From contig DAIQRN010000001.1 in assembly GCA_036786185.1 (NCBI GenBank), positions 13,699 to 77,698 on the forward strand: 64,000 bases of DNA. Reading direction: 5' to 3'. Numbering within the stretch: the first letter of the stretch is position 1; each line of letters opens with the position of its first letter. Source of the stretch: Acidovorax sp. GTDB lineage: Bacteria; Pseudomonadota; Gammaproteobacteria; Burkholderiales; Burkholderiaceae_C. The position numbers and the translations under genes were made by a program. Shown here piece by piece: positions 1 through 8,981 of the stretch. The notes beneath the pieces were generated by a model that saw only the letters and a list, made by a program, of their open reading frames with translations, did no database searches and was not told where the DNA came from.

Positions 1-297
1 GACCTGATGAATGTGGACACGGTGGAGATCACCGACCGCAAGTCCACCGGCAGCGTGACGTTTGAAAACACCAGCGTGGCCACCAAGAACTGGATCGCCA
101 TGGCGCGCGCGAGCGCCATTGTGCCCCTGACCCTCAAGCACGGCCAGGCGGCGACCAATACGGTGTCTTTCAAGAGCGTTCGCGCGCAGATCGGCAAGCC
201 CACCTACAGCGACAGCGACGGGGTGCAGATGATCACCATCCCGCTGGCCTTCATCCCTTCGGATGCGGGCAATGACGAGTGGTCCATCGAGATCTGA
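1..297 (+). CDS. Tail tube (major tail) protein, C-terminal part
   Basis: Open from the window edge; beta-rich sequence ending GNDEWSIEI; lies before the chaperones and tape measure gene. Confidence 0.75.
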   Translation, partial: DLMNVDTVEITDRKSTGSVTFENTSVATKNWIAMARASAIVPLTLKHGQAATNTVSFKSVRAQIGKPTYSDSDGVQMITIPLAFIPSDAGNDEWSIEI

Positions 298-343
298 CCA
301 CCCCCGCCCCCATTAACCCACTCAAGAGAGAAGAGAGAAGACC

Positions 344-793
344 ATGGCTGTCAAGATTTCCGGGCTCAAGCCCATCATCGTGTCCCCCGCAACGCTCTAC
401 CTGGCGGGCGACAGCGGCACGCTTGTGCCGCACAAGTTCGACGTGCATTTCAAGCGCCTGACCACGGACGAGCGCGACAAGCTGCATGCGCGTTACACCC
501 TGGGCGAAGTGTTGCCGCAGCCCGCGCTGGACGGCGTGGAGCAACCCCCTTTGAACGTGCCGCCACTGACGGATGGCCAGCTGCTGGACGAACTGGTGGA
601 AGGCTGGGGCGGAATGCTGGATGAGGCGGGCCAGCCCGTGCCCTACAGCCACGCAGAGCGCAAGGCCACGGACGCGGTCTATGCCGGGCTGGAGCAGGCC
701 ATGGTGGTGAGCTGGTACGACCATGCCTTCATCAACCAGCGGGACGCACGGGTAAAAAACTCCAAGGCGCCGTCCAGCACTACCTCGGCGTAG
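344..793 (+). CDS. Tail assembly chaperone (gpG-like)
   Basis: Between tail tube and tape measure genes; slippery A AAA AAC at 754-760. Confidence 0.8.
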   Translation: MAVKISGLKPIIVSPATLYLAGDSGTLVPHKFDVHFKRLTTDERDKLHARYTLGEVLPQPALDGVEQPPLNVPPLTDGQLLDELVEGWGGMLDEAGQPVPYSHAERKATDAVYAGLEQAMVVSWYDHAFINQRDARVKNSKAPSSTTSA

Positions 794-1152
794 ATGGCGC
801 CGACCGCTGCGTCGTAGACGATGGGCTGCGGGCGGAGTGCGCGAACTTGGGGATTGACCCCGACAAGCTCATACCTCCCGCCCAGCAGCTGGACCGCCCC
901 ACTGACTACGACCTGTGGCCCGAGCACTGGATGGTTTGGGAGGTGTACCTGGGTTGCCGTACCCAGTGGCGAAAGTCGGTGGTGACGGTGGGGATGGGCA
1001 GGCAGATGCTGATCTGGGATGGACTGGACTACGGCGCAGTGGAGGTGGTGATGAACCGCTACGAGGTGCCGCAAGAACAGCGCAGCGAGGTGTTTGCGCA
1101 GCTGCAGGTGCTGGAGCAGGAAACCCTGGTGATTCGCAACCGCAGCGACTGA
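754..1152 (+). CDS. Tail assembly chaperone gpGT extension (-1 frameshift product, DUF1799-like)
   Basis: The -1 frame is open from 760 to 1152; motif 'LWPEHW..W.VY....TQWR...GLDYGAV'. Confidence 0.75.
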   Translation, partial: KKLQGAVQHYLGVDGADRCVVDDGLRAECANLGIDPDKLIPPAQQLDRPTDYDLWPEHWMVWEVYLGCRTQWRKSVVTVGMGRQMLIWDGLDYGAVEVVMNRYEVPQEQRSEVFAQLQVLEQETLVIRNRSD

Positions 1153-1154
1153 TG

Positions 1155-1181
1155 AAAAAAGGCCGGTTGCCCGGCCTTTTT
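1155..1181. terminator. Bidirectional intrinsic terminator
   Basis: aaaaaaggccgg-ttgc-ccggccttttt between convergent ORFs. Confidence 0.75.
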
Positions 1182-1200
1182 AGCTACGCGATCAGGCGTA

Positions 1201-1341
1201 TCAGTTGCGAGAAGTGACGCAGTGCAGCAGCCAAAGGGGCACCACCAGGGCAGGCGCAGCCACCCACATCCACAGCAGCACCGAGGGGTGCGGTGCGAGC
1301 AGGACGAGGCCAACGAGCCAGAGCGATAGCAACTTGGACAT
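1201..1341 (-). CDS. 46-aa hydrophobic moron protein
   Basis: Read by hand: MSKLLSLWLVGLVLLAPHPSVLLWMWVAAPALVVPLWLLHCVTSRN; followed by a terminator. Confidence 0.5.
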   Translation of the reverse strand: MSKLLSLWLVGLVLLAPHPSVLLWMWVAAPALVVPLWLLHCVTSRN

Positions 1342-1359
1342 GACGGGACTTTAAATCAA

Positions 1360-4300
1360 ATGAGCGCGGTACGCCAGATCGGCATCAAGATGGTGGTGGA
1401 CGCCCAGTCGGTGACGACTGAGGTGCCCAAGGCCGCCCGCGAGTTTGACAACCTGGGCGCCAGGGCCGAGCAGGCAGCGGCGCGCACCACGCGCAGCCTG
1501 GCCAATGTGCAGATGTCGGTGCGCGACATCGTGGCTGGGGCGGCTGGGCTGCATGTGGTGAGCAGCGCCATCCAGGGCATCACCAGCGCCATCACGGCGC
1601 TGCCGCGCAATGCGTTTGACTACTCCAAGAACCTGGAAGTCAGCCAGGTCGGCATGGCGGGCATCCTGGGGTCGATGACGGCCATCAATGGCCTACAGAC
1701 CGACTACAACCAGGCGCTGCGCCTGAGCAGCGAGTACATCCGCAAGCTCAACGACGACGCGCTGCGCACGGCTGCCACCAGCCAGGAGCTGACCACGGTG
1801 TTCCAGGCGCTGCTGGCGCCGGGCCTGTCGGCCAAGATGACGCTGGAGGAGATCCGCCAGCTCACGGTGGTGGGCACCAATGCCGTCAAAAGCATGGGCC
1901 TGGAGTCCACCCAGGTGGTGCAGGAGCTGCGCGACCTGGTGGCCGGGGGTATCACGCCCGCCAGCTCGACGCTGGCGACGGCGCTAGGGCTCAAGGACTC
2001 CGATATTCAGAAAGCCCGCGCATCCAGCGAAGGTCTCTTCAACTTCTTGATGGGGCGCCTGAAGGGGTTCGAAGCGTCCAGCGAGGCGTTTGGTGACACG
2101 CTCAAGGGCAAGTTGGACCAGGTCAAGGAAGGCGCCACGCGGGTGGCGGCCGAGGGACTGGAGCCACTGATCTCCGCATCCAAGGCGGCGCTGGGGCACG
2201 TCAGCAGCCTGTTTGTGACCATTGGCGAGGGCGGCCAAGTTACCCTGAACACCGAACTGGTGGACAGCATCAAGGAGTACGCCACCACGGCGGCGCAGGC
2301 CATGGCGGTCGGCCAGCAATGGGTAGGCGTGATGTGGGAGAACCGCGACGCCGCGCTGGCGCTGGGCGCTGTCTGGGCCAGCATCAAACTGGGCGGCATG
2401 GTGGCCGATACGGCTGCTGCCGTTGCAGCCAAGGCTGAGCTGGCCCAGGCGTCGCGGCTGGCGGCCGTGCAGGCCGCTGCAGAGGCGGCAGGAAACGTGG
2501 AGGTGGTGGCAACGTCACGCCAAAAGGTTGCGGCCTACCTGGCCGAACTGGAGGCCAAGGTGGCTGCGGCCAGGGCCGATGCCGCAGCGCACGCCGCGCA
2601 GGTTGTGACGCTGACGACGACGCGCGAGGCCATTGTGGTTGCTCGCGCCGAGGTGGTTGCCAAGCTGGATGCGACGCGCGCCACCATGGCGCAGGCTGAG
2701 GCCCAGATTGCTGCGGCCCGTGCTGCTGGCGCACAAAGCATGGCCCTGGCCATGCTGCGGGAGGGCACCGTGGCCCTGACCGCCGCGCAAGCGCGCCACG
2801 CTTTGCTGATGACGGAGCTTGCAACGTTGGGCAAGCAGCAGGCTGGCGTGAACGCTGCCATCGCCACATCGACGGCGGCGCAAACTGCAGCCACCAATGC
2901 AGCTACGGCAGCGGCCAGTGGCCTTGCAGCAGCGCAGGGAGCTGCGTCCATTGCGGGGCGGGCTCTCAGCGGTGCGGTGGGCTTCCTGGGCGGCCCCATT
3001 GGCATTGTCACTACGGCTTTGACGCTGGGTGCAACGGCTTGGGCGATCTGGGGCAACTCGGGCAATGAGGCCGAACGCAAGGTGCAAGGCGCCGTGGAGC
3101 GCAGCACCCCCGAGATCGTTGCGGACTTGGACAAGCAGATCGCCAAGCTGCAGGCGCGCAATGCACTGGTTGCTGCAGGCCTGGGCGACATCGCCAAGAA
3201 GGCGGGTGAAGATGCGGAGCGGGCTGCTCGTCTGCAGGTACAGATCAACAACCTTCAGAGTGGGAAGGGTGTAGATGGTGGCGCACCTTTGCCCGAAGCG
3301 GCCCGCGCCGGAGTACTTCAAACGCTGCTCGCCCAGTATGGTGAGTTGGTTGGAAAGATCAGAAGTGCAGACCAGGAGCAGTCGACCCTGGACCGTGGAA
3401 CCCAGCAGCTCACGCTCACATCAACGGGTGCCCTCCAAGCCTTCGAAAAGACGCTGGAGGGAGCCAAGACGGCCAGCGCTGCCCAGCAGGAATACACGCA
3501 GAAGGTGGAGGCCTCGCGCATGGCGCTTGAAGCCTTCAAGGCGACGAAGCCAGAGGCGGCCGCGCTAGTAGACGCGCAGAAGAAGTTCGACGAGTCCGAG
3601 AAGGCCTGGGCGGCCGAGCGCGACAAGAAGATCAAGGAAATGGGGGCGGGCACGGCATCGGCCCTGAGCCATGGCATTGATGCCCAGATCGCGGCCGCCA
3701 AGCAGGGCTACAAGCTGCTGGCGGCCCAGACGGCTGACGGCCTGGACGAGATCGACAGCCTGCGCAGGCAAGACCTGCTGAGCGAGTCCGAGGCCCAGGA
3801 GCGCCGCACGGCGCTGCAGCTGCAGGACATGGACGCACAGCGCGGCGCGCTGCAGGCCGAGCTGGAGCTGCTCAAGGGCAAGAAGGATTCGGCCAAGGAA
3901 CATGCCAACATCGTCGGTGAGCTGGCCGAGCTTGCGCAAAAGCGCACCAACTTGCAAAACAAGGCCGACCGCGATCAGCGCGAGAGCGATGCGCAGCAGC
4001 TTGTCGCCATGGAGGCGCGCATTGAGGCTGCGCAGGCAGCGGCACGCCAAGGGCAAGAGAGCGTGCGGGTGGCCCAGCTGGAAACGCTGGAGATCGGCCA
4101 GACAGGCGCGGCCCTGGGCGCGCTGCGCCAGGCGCGGGTGGAAGAGACCGCCAAGCAGCTGGAAGCCCAGGCGCGCACGCAAGACGGCATTGATCTGTCG
4201 GGCCGCATGGGCGATGCCTTGCGGGCGCAGGCCCAGGCGGTGCGCGACCTTGCCAAGGTGAGCGGCTTCAACGAAGCGGCCAAGATGGTCAGCGACTATG

Positions 4301-7300
4301 CCAAGGGCATCGACGAGGCCAACGCAGCCACGCAGTACGAGCTGAGTCTGTCGAGCCTGTCGCAGCGTGACCGCGATATTGCGATGGAGCAGTACCGCGT
4401 TGCCATCGACCTCAAGCAGCGGCTGGCTGATATCGACGCCAAGAACCCGGCTGACGCCGAAGGTGCGGCGAAGCTGAAGGCGCAGGCCAGTGCTGCGGCG
4501 GCGCGTGCCCAGGCTGGAGCTGCGGCGCGGGTGAATATGGCTGAGTGGAAGCAGTCCGTACAGCAGTACGACGACATCTTCCGCAAGGGCTTTGCCGACA
4601 TGGTGAACCATGGAAAGGATGGTTGGAAGAGCTTCACCAAGTCGCTGGCCACCACCTTTAAAACCACCGTGGCAGACCAGCTGTACAAGGCGTTTGCGCA
4701 GCCGTTCGTGGTGAACGTGGTGGGCAATCTGCTGGGGTTGTCTGGCGCGGGCGGTGCTGCTGGGGCCGTGTCGGCGGGCTCCAACCTGTTGGGCATGGCC
4801 AGCAACGCCAGCAGCCTGTATTCGGCCTTCACGGGCAACGGCCTGATCGGCAACACGATTCGGACGGTGGGCGGCTGGCTGGGCCTGGGCGGCGGCGCTG
4901 CCACCGGCCTGGGCCTGAGTGCGGCCACGGGTGCGGGCGTTATTGGATCGGGCATTGGCGCTGGCTTGGGCCTGGGCTCTGCCGCCGCTGGTGCAGGCAC
5001 CGGTCTGGGGCTGAGCCTGGGGGGCACGGGTCTGGGCCTGTCTGCGGGCAGTGCGGGGGCTGGTGCCATCGGTGCGGGCCTGGGCACCAGTGCGGCGGCA
5101 GGTGGCGCCGGGGCTGCTGCCGGTGCCGGTGCTGGCGGCATCTCTGGCGCGCTGGCGGCTGTGCCCGGCTGGGGCTGGGCGCTGGCGGGCGTGGCGGCCA
5201 TTGCGGCCATCTTCGGCAAGAAGTCCACGCCGCACATGGGCGCTGGCAGTGAGTACAGCGCGGCCACGGGCCTGCAGTCCAACCGCGACGTTTATGCCAG
5301 CCTCGGGTTTACCGGCAAGCAGACCTGGAGCGACGACGTTCAAAAGTCGATCACGGCGCCGCTGGCCCAAAGCATCGGCCAGACGCTGGACGGCTTTGCC
5401 AAGGCCTTTGGCTCTGCTGCCGGGTTTGAGGTGGCCACTGCGTTTGCCGACGACAAGTCCAAGGACGGCGCCTGGGGCGCGCTGCGCATCCGCCAGGGCG
5501 GCAAGGACGTGCTGGACTGGGGCAACCCGGATGACAAGTGGGCGGGCGTGACTTTTGCCAACGGCGAGGACGGCATCAAAGAGTACATGGCCAAGGTGGC
5601 GGCCGATGTGCGCGACGTGCTCAAGACATCGGCCCCGGGCTGGGTGGACACCATGCTGGACAGCCTGGGCGACGCGCCCAGCATGGACAACCTCAGCGCC
5701 GTGGTGCAGCAGATCGGACAGCTGCAGGCGGTGTTCGAGAGCTTCGGTCAGTACATGCCCACGTTCGCCAGCCTGGCGGACTCTGCGGTGGACAAGTTGG
5801 TCCAGGCCTCGGGCGGGGCGGGCACGCTGGCGGCCAACATGGCGAGCTTTGTCGATGGCTTTTACAGCGATGCGGAAAAGCTGGCGATCAACACGGCCAA
5901 CGTGCGCGCCGCCATGGCCGAGCTGGGCTTTGAGATGCCCCAGACCCGGGACGAGTTCCGGGCGCTGGTGCAGGCGCAGATGGCGCTGGGCGATGCTGGC
6001 ATGCAAACGACGGCGGGGCTGCTGGCGCTGTCTGACGATTTCAAGGCAGTGACCCAGGACATTGTGAGCGCCAGCGAAACCCTGAAGCAGCAGCGCGAGT
6101 CTGCATTCAGTGCCCTGGACCGCGCTGTGTCGGCAGAGCGCGATGCACTGCGCGCCCGGCTGGACGCGGCCCAGGACATCGCAAGTACCCTGAGCGGCGT
6201 GTTCGACGTGCTGCACAGCAATGTGCGCGAGCTGTACGGCGAGGTGGGCGACACGCGCGCCATGCTGGCGCAGCAGGGCGGCGACTTCATTACCGCCGCC
6301 CTGGCAACCGCCAAGAAAAGCGGCTACCTGCCCGACCAGGACCAGCTGGCCGAGGCCATTGGCGCCGTGCGTGCAGGCCTTGCCGATGGCTTTGACGTGG
6401 ACAGCGCAGAGCGCGACTACGCCACCAAGGTGCTGGCCGGGCAGCTCTCCGAGATGGAGAAGATCGCGGGCAAGCAGCTGACCGACGCCCAGCGCACGGT
6501 CAAGGAGCTGGAGACTCACACGGGGCAGCTGGACCAGACGCTGGAATACTGGCGCCGCCAGATCAGCCTGGCCGAAGGCACGCAGGACGCCACGCTGAGC
6601 GTGGCGGAGGCTGTGGGGCGGCTGCAGGACTTTCTGGGTAGTGGTGGCACGGGTGGCACCGATGGCACGGGCGGCACCGGTACCGGGAAGCCCAGTGGCG
6701 GTGGCGGCGGTGGTGGCGGTGCTGGTGGCATCACCGCAGGCAGCGACTACCAGCGTGTGGGCTACGGCGCCGATGAAGCGCTGGGCAGCTTCGACAAGTT
6801 CTCGGCCTGGTACCAGGGCCTGCGCTCCACGGCGAACGTGGGGGCCATGACGGATGGCGGCTACAAGCGGCCGGACTGGATGCGCGTGGCAGGCATGGCC
6901 GACGACGGCACGGACAAGGAGCTTTTTGCACAGTACCAGTTCTTCAAGAACAACCCGCAATACGCTGCCGACTACCAGCAGATCATGACCACGGGCCGGT
7001 CCAGCTACGGCACGGACGGCAGCACGCTGGTGCGCAGCGACCTGTCCAAGATGCCCGAGGACGTGGCCGCGTACTACAAGAACAACACGGCCGCGCTGCT
7101 GCAGGCCGAGGGCTTTTTGCTGGACCCCGTGCTGGCCTACCAGCTGTACCGCGATGGGCCCGAGCGCTTTGGCCTGGACCGTCGCAAGGAGAGCTTCACC
7201 GAGTGGCTTCGCAGCAATCAGTGGAGCGCCGAGGGTGTCGTAGCGGGCAACAACGCGCACAAGTACGCGGGCATGGACTATGCCCACTACAACCTGACCA

Positions 7301-7950
7301 AGTGGGACACGGCCACGGGCACTTTGGTGGGCCGCGACGGGATCATCTACACCCCCGATGGCAAGCCCGTGGGCAAGGCCAGCGCATCGCAGATGCAGGA
7401 GCTGTACGGCAACAGCAACTCGCGCCTGTACAACCAAACCACCAGCGGCGGCACCAGCGCGCAGGACTACTACACAGGCCTGCGCCAAAAGTACGACCAG
7501 GACATTGCTGACGGCAAAAGCGCCCAGTACCTGGCCGACAACATTCGCAACAGCGGTGCATCGATGCAGGACATCGCCACGGCCTACGGCATCAGCGTTG
7601 ACGTGCTCAAGGAGAACTTGCGCCTTGGCGGGGCCACCGACATTCCGCAGTTTGCAGGTGGCGGATACCACGCGGGCGGCCTGCGCATCGTGGGCGAGGA
7701 GGGCTGGGAGGTGGAGGCCACCGGCCCGTCGCGCATCTGGAACCAGCGGCAGCTGGCACAGGCCCTGACGGGTGGCGGCAGCAACGCGCAGCTGGAAGCC
7801 CTGGTGCAGTCGCTGATGGCTGAGATCAAGCTGCTGCGCCAGTCGGTAGACCGTGGCTCCGACCACGCTGGTGACACCGCCGCAGCACTGCGCGAGGTGA
7901 AGAACGGCAATTCCCTCATTGTCGAGATGGCGCCATCCGCGCTGTCTTGA
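1360..7950 (+). CDS. Tail tape measure protein (2196 aa)
   Basis: Very long Ala-rich helical ORF with Gly-rich segments and C-terminal 'FAGGG...GLRIVGEEG.E' motif. Confidence 0.92.
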   Translation: MSAVRQIGIKMVVDAQSVTTEVPKAAREFDNLGARAEQAAARTTRSLANVQMSVRDIVAGAAGLHVVSSAIQGITSAITALPRNAFDYSKNLEVSQVGMAGILGSMTAINGLQTDYNQALRLSSEYIRKLNDDALRTAATSQELTTVFQALLAPGLSAKMTLEEIRQLTVVGTNAVKSMGLESTQVVQELRDLVAGGITPASSTLATALGLKDSDIQKARASSEGLFNFLMGRLKGFEASSEAFGDTLKGKLDQVKEGATRVAAEGLEPLISASKAALGHVSSLFVTIGEGGQVTLNTELVDSIKEYATTAAQAMAVGQQWVGVMWENRDAALALGAVWASIKLGGMVADTAAAVAAKAELAQASRLAAVQAAAEAAGNVEVVATSRQKVAAYLAELEAKVAAARADAAAHAAQVVTLTTTREAIVVARAEVVAKLDATRATMAQAEAQIAAARAAGAQSMALAMLREGTVALTAAQARHALLMTELATLGKQQAGVNAAIATSTAAQTAATNAATAAASGLAAAQGAASIAGRALSGAVGFLGGPIGIVTTALTLGATAWAIWGNSGNEAERKVQGAVERSTPEIVADLDKQIAKLQARNALVAAGLGDIAKKAGEDAERAARLQVQINNLQSGKGVDGGAPLPEAARAGVLQTLLAQYGELVGKIRSADQEQSTLDRGTQQLTLTSTGALQAFEKTLEGAKTASAAQQEYTQKVEASRMALEAFKATKPEAAALVDAQKKFDESEKAWAAERDKKIKEMGAGTASALSHGIDAQIAAAKQGYKLLAAQTADGLDEIDSLRRQDLLSESEAQERRTALQLQDMDAQRGALQAELELLKGKKDSAKEHANIVGELAELAQKRTNLQNKADRDQRESDAQQLVAMEARIEAAQAAARQGQESVRVAQLETLEIGQTGAALGALRQARVEETAKQLEAQARTQDGIDLSGRMGDALRAQAQAVRDLAKVSGFNEAAKMVSDYAKGIDEANAATQYELSLSSLSQRDRDIAMEQYRVAIDLKQRLADIDAKNPADAEGAAKLKAQASAAAARAQAGAAARVNMAEWKQSVQQYDDIFRKGFADMVNHGKDGWKSFTKSLATTFKTTVADQLYKAFAQPFVVNVVGNLLGLSGAGGAAGAVSAGSNLLGMASNASSLYSAFTGNGLIGNTIRTVGGWLGLGGGAATGLGLSAATGAGVIGSGIGAGLGLGSAAAGAGTGLGLSLGGTGLGLSAGSAGAGAIGAGLGTSAAAGGAGAAAGAGAGGISGALAAVPGWGWALAGVAAIAAIFGKKSTPHMGAGSEYSAATGLQSNRDVYASLGFTGKQTWSDDVQKSITAPLAQSIGQTLDGFAKAFGSAAGFEVATAFADDKSKDGAWGALRIRQGGKDVLDWGNPDDKWAGVTFANGEDGIKEYMAKVAADVRDVLKTSAPGWVDTMLDSLGDAPSMDNLSAVVQQIGQLQAVFESFGQYMPTFASLADSAVDKLVQASGGAGTLAANMASFVDGFYSDAEKLAINTANVRAAMAELGFEMPQTRDEFRALVQAQMALGDAGMQTTAGLLALSDDFKAVTQDIVSASETLKQQRESAFSALDRAVSAERDALRARLDAAQDIASTLSGVFDVLHSNVRELYGEVGDTRAMLAQQGGDFITAALATAKKSGYLPDQDQLAEAIGAVRAGLADGFDVDSAERDYATKVLAGQLSEMEKIAGKQLTDAQRTVKELETHTGQLDQTLEYWRRQISLAEGTQDATLSVAEAVGRLQDFLGSGGTGGTDGTGGTGTGKPSGGGGGGGGAGGITAGSDYQRVGYGADEALGSFDKFSAWYQGLRSTANVGAMTDGGYKRPDWMRVAGMADDGTDKELFAQYQFFKNNPQYAADYQQIMTTGRSSYGTDGSTLVRSDLSKMPEDVAAYYKNNTAALLQAEGFLLDPVLAYQLYRDGPERFGLDRRKESFTEWLRSNQWSAEGVVAGNNAHKYAGMDYAHYNLTKWDTATGTLVGRDGIIYTPDGKPVGKASASQMQELYGNSNSRLYNQTTSGGTSAQDYYTGLRQKYDQDIADGKSAQYLADNIRNSGASMQDIATAYGISVDVLKENLRLGGATDIPQFAGGGYHAGGLRIVGEEGWEVEATGPSRIWNQRQLAQALTGGGSNAQLEALVQSLMAEIKLLRQSVDRGSDHAGDTAAALREVKNGNSLIVEMAPSALS

Positions 7951-7967
7951 TCACCCTCTGAGAGACC

Positions 7968-8948
7968 ATGTACTACATCGAAAGAAACCCCCTCTCGGAC
8001 GCCATGTTTCTGGCGGGCAGCGTGCCTGAGCCCGCGCCCGATGAACCCGCATGGGTGAGCGGCAGCGCCTACACCGTGGGCACAGAAGTCACGCGGGCCA
8101 ATATCCACCGCGTGTTCCGCTGCGCGGCGGCCGTGCCCGCTGGCACCGTGGTGGTGCCCGAGCAAGACCAGGCGCGCTGGCAGGACATGCGGCCCACGTT
8201 GCAGCGCCGCCCCTTTGGCCCGCACCTGCAGGCCAACGGCAAGCTGGTGTACAAGCACCGCCCGGTGCAGAGCACCACGGCCGATATTGAGTACCGGCTC
8301 AAGCAGCGCTATGCCAACGCGGTGGCCATCTTCGGCCCCCGGGGTGCGCTGTGGCGCGTGCGTGTCTACAAGTCCGATGGCGGCGAGCTGGCTGATGAGC
8401 GCTCGGGCCGCATCCGCTCGGGTGAGCCTGGGTTCTGGAACTTCGGTTTCGGCCAGCGCCAGTCGATTGACCGCGTGCTGGTGACCAACCTGCCCATTTT
8501 TCCGGCGGCGGTGGTGCACATCAGCATCGAGGGCATCGATGACCAGCTGCGCGCCGTGAGCCACATCGAAGTGGGCAAGCTGCGCTTCATCCCTGGGGTG
8601 GATCTGCAGATGCCTTTCGGTGGCACGGAGTATGGGCTGGTGCGCGCGCCGCGCGTGCTCACCCGCCGCGAGACGGATGTGGATGGCACCACCGCCACGC
8701 TGATCTATGGCGCCACCTACGACATGTCGGGCACCGTCTCCCTCAGCGGCAACCGGGAAGACAACGTGCTCAGGCAGCTGCTTTCGCTGGTGGGCAAGTG
8801 CGCGGCCTACATCCCGTCGCTGGAGGAGGGCTACAGCCAGAGCCTGCTGCTGGGCATCCTCAAAGCCGCACCGGTCTCGCGCGACGCCTCAAAGCTGAGC
8901 TCATTTCGCTTCGACATCGAGGGCGTGCCCACCACCTCGCCCACCTGA
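7968..8948 (+). CDS. Tail tip/distal tail protein
   Basis: Directly after the tape measure gene; 'AWVSGSAYTVG' carbohydrate-binding-like motif. Confidence 0.6.
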   Translation: MYYIERNPLSDAMFLAGSVPEPAPDEPAWVSGSAYTVGTEVTRANIHRVFRCAAAVPAGTVVVPEQDQARWQDMRPTLQRRPFGPHLQANGKLVYKHRPVQSTTADIEYRLKQRYANAVAIFGPRGALWRVRVYKSDGGELADERSGRIRSGEPGFWNFGFGQRQSIDRVLVTNLPIFPAAVVHISIEGIDDQLRAVSHIEVGKLRFIPGVDLQMPFGGTEYGLVRAPRVLTRRETDVDGTTATLIYGATYDMSGTVSLSGNREDNVLRQLLSLVGKCAAYIPSLEEGYSQSLLLGILKAAPVSRDASKLSSFRFDIEGVPTTSPT

Positions 8949-8981
8949 TCCACGTCCACACCACCACGCTACCTACACACC

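Noticed and set aside
4860..5200. GGC/CTG-rich low-complexity repeats
   Set aside because: Encode the Gly/Ala/Leu-rich segment common in tape measure proteins
3565..7866. 1433-aa ORF on the - strand
   Set aside because: Antisense shadow of the GC-rich tape measure gene; no motifs, and typical mirror-frame composition
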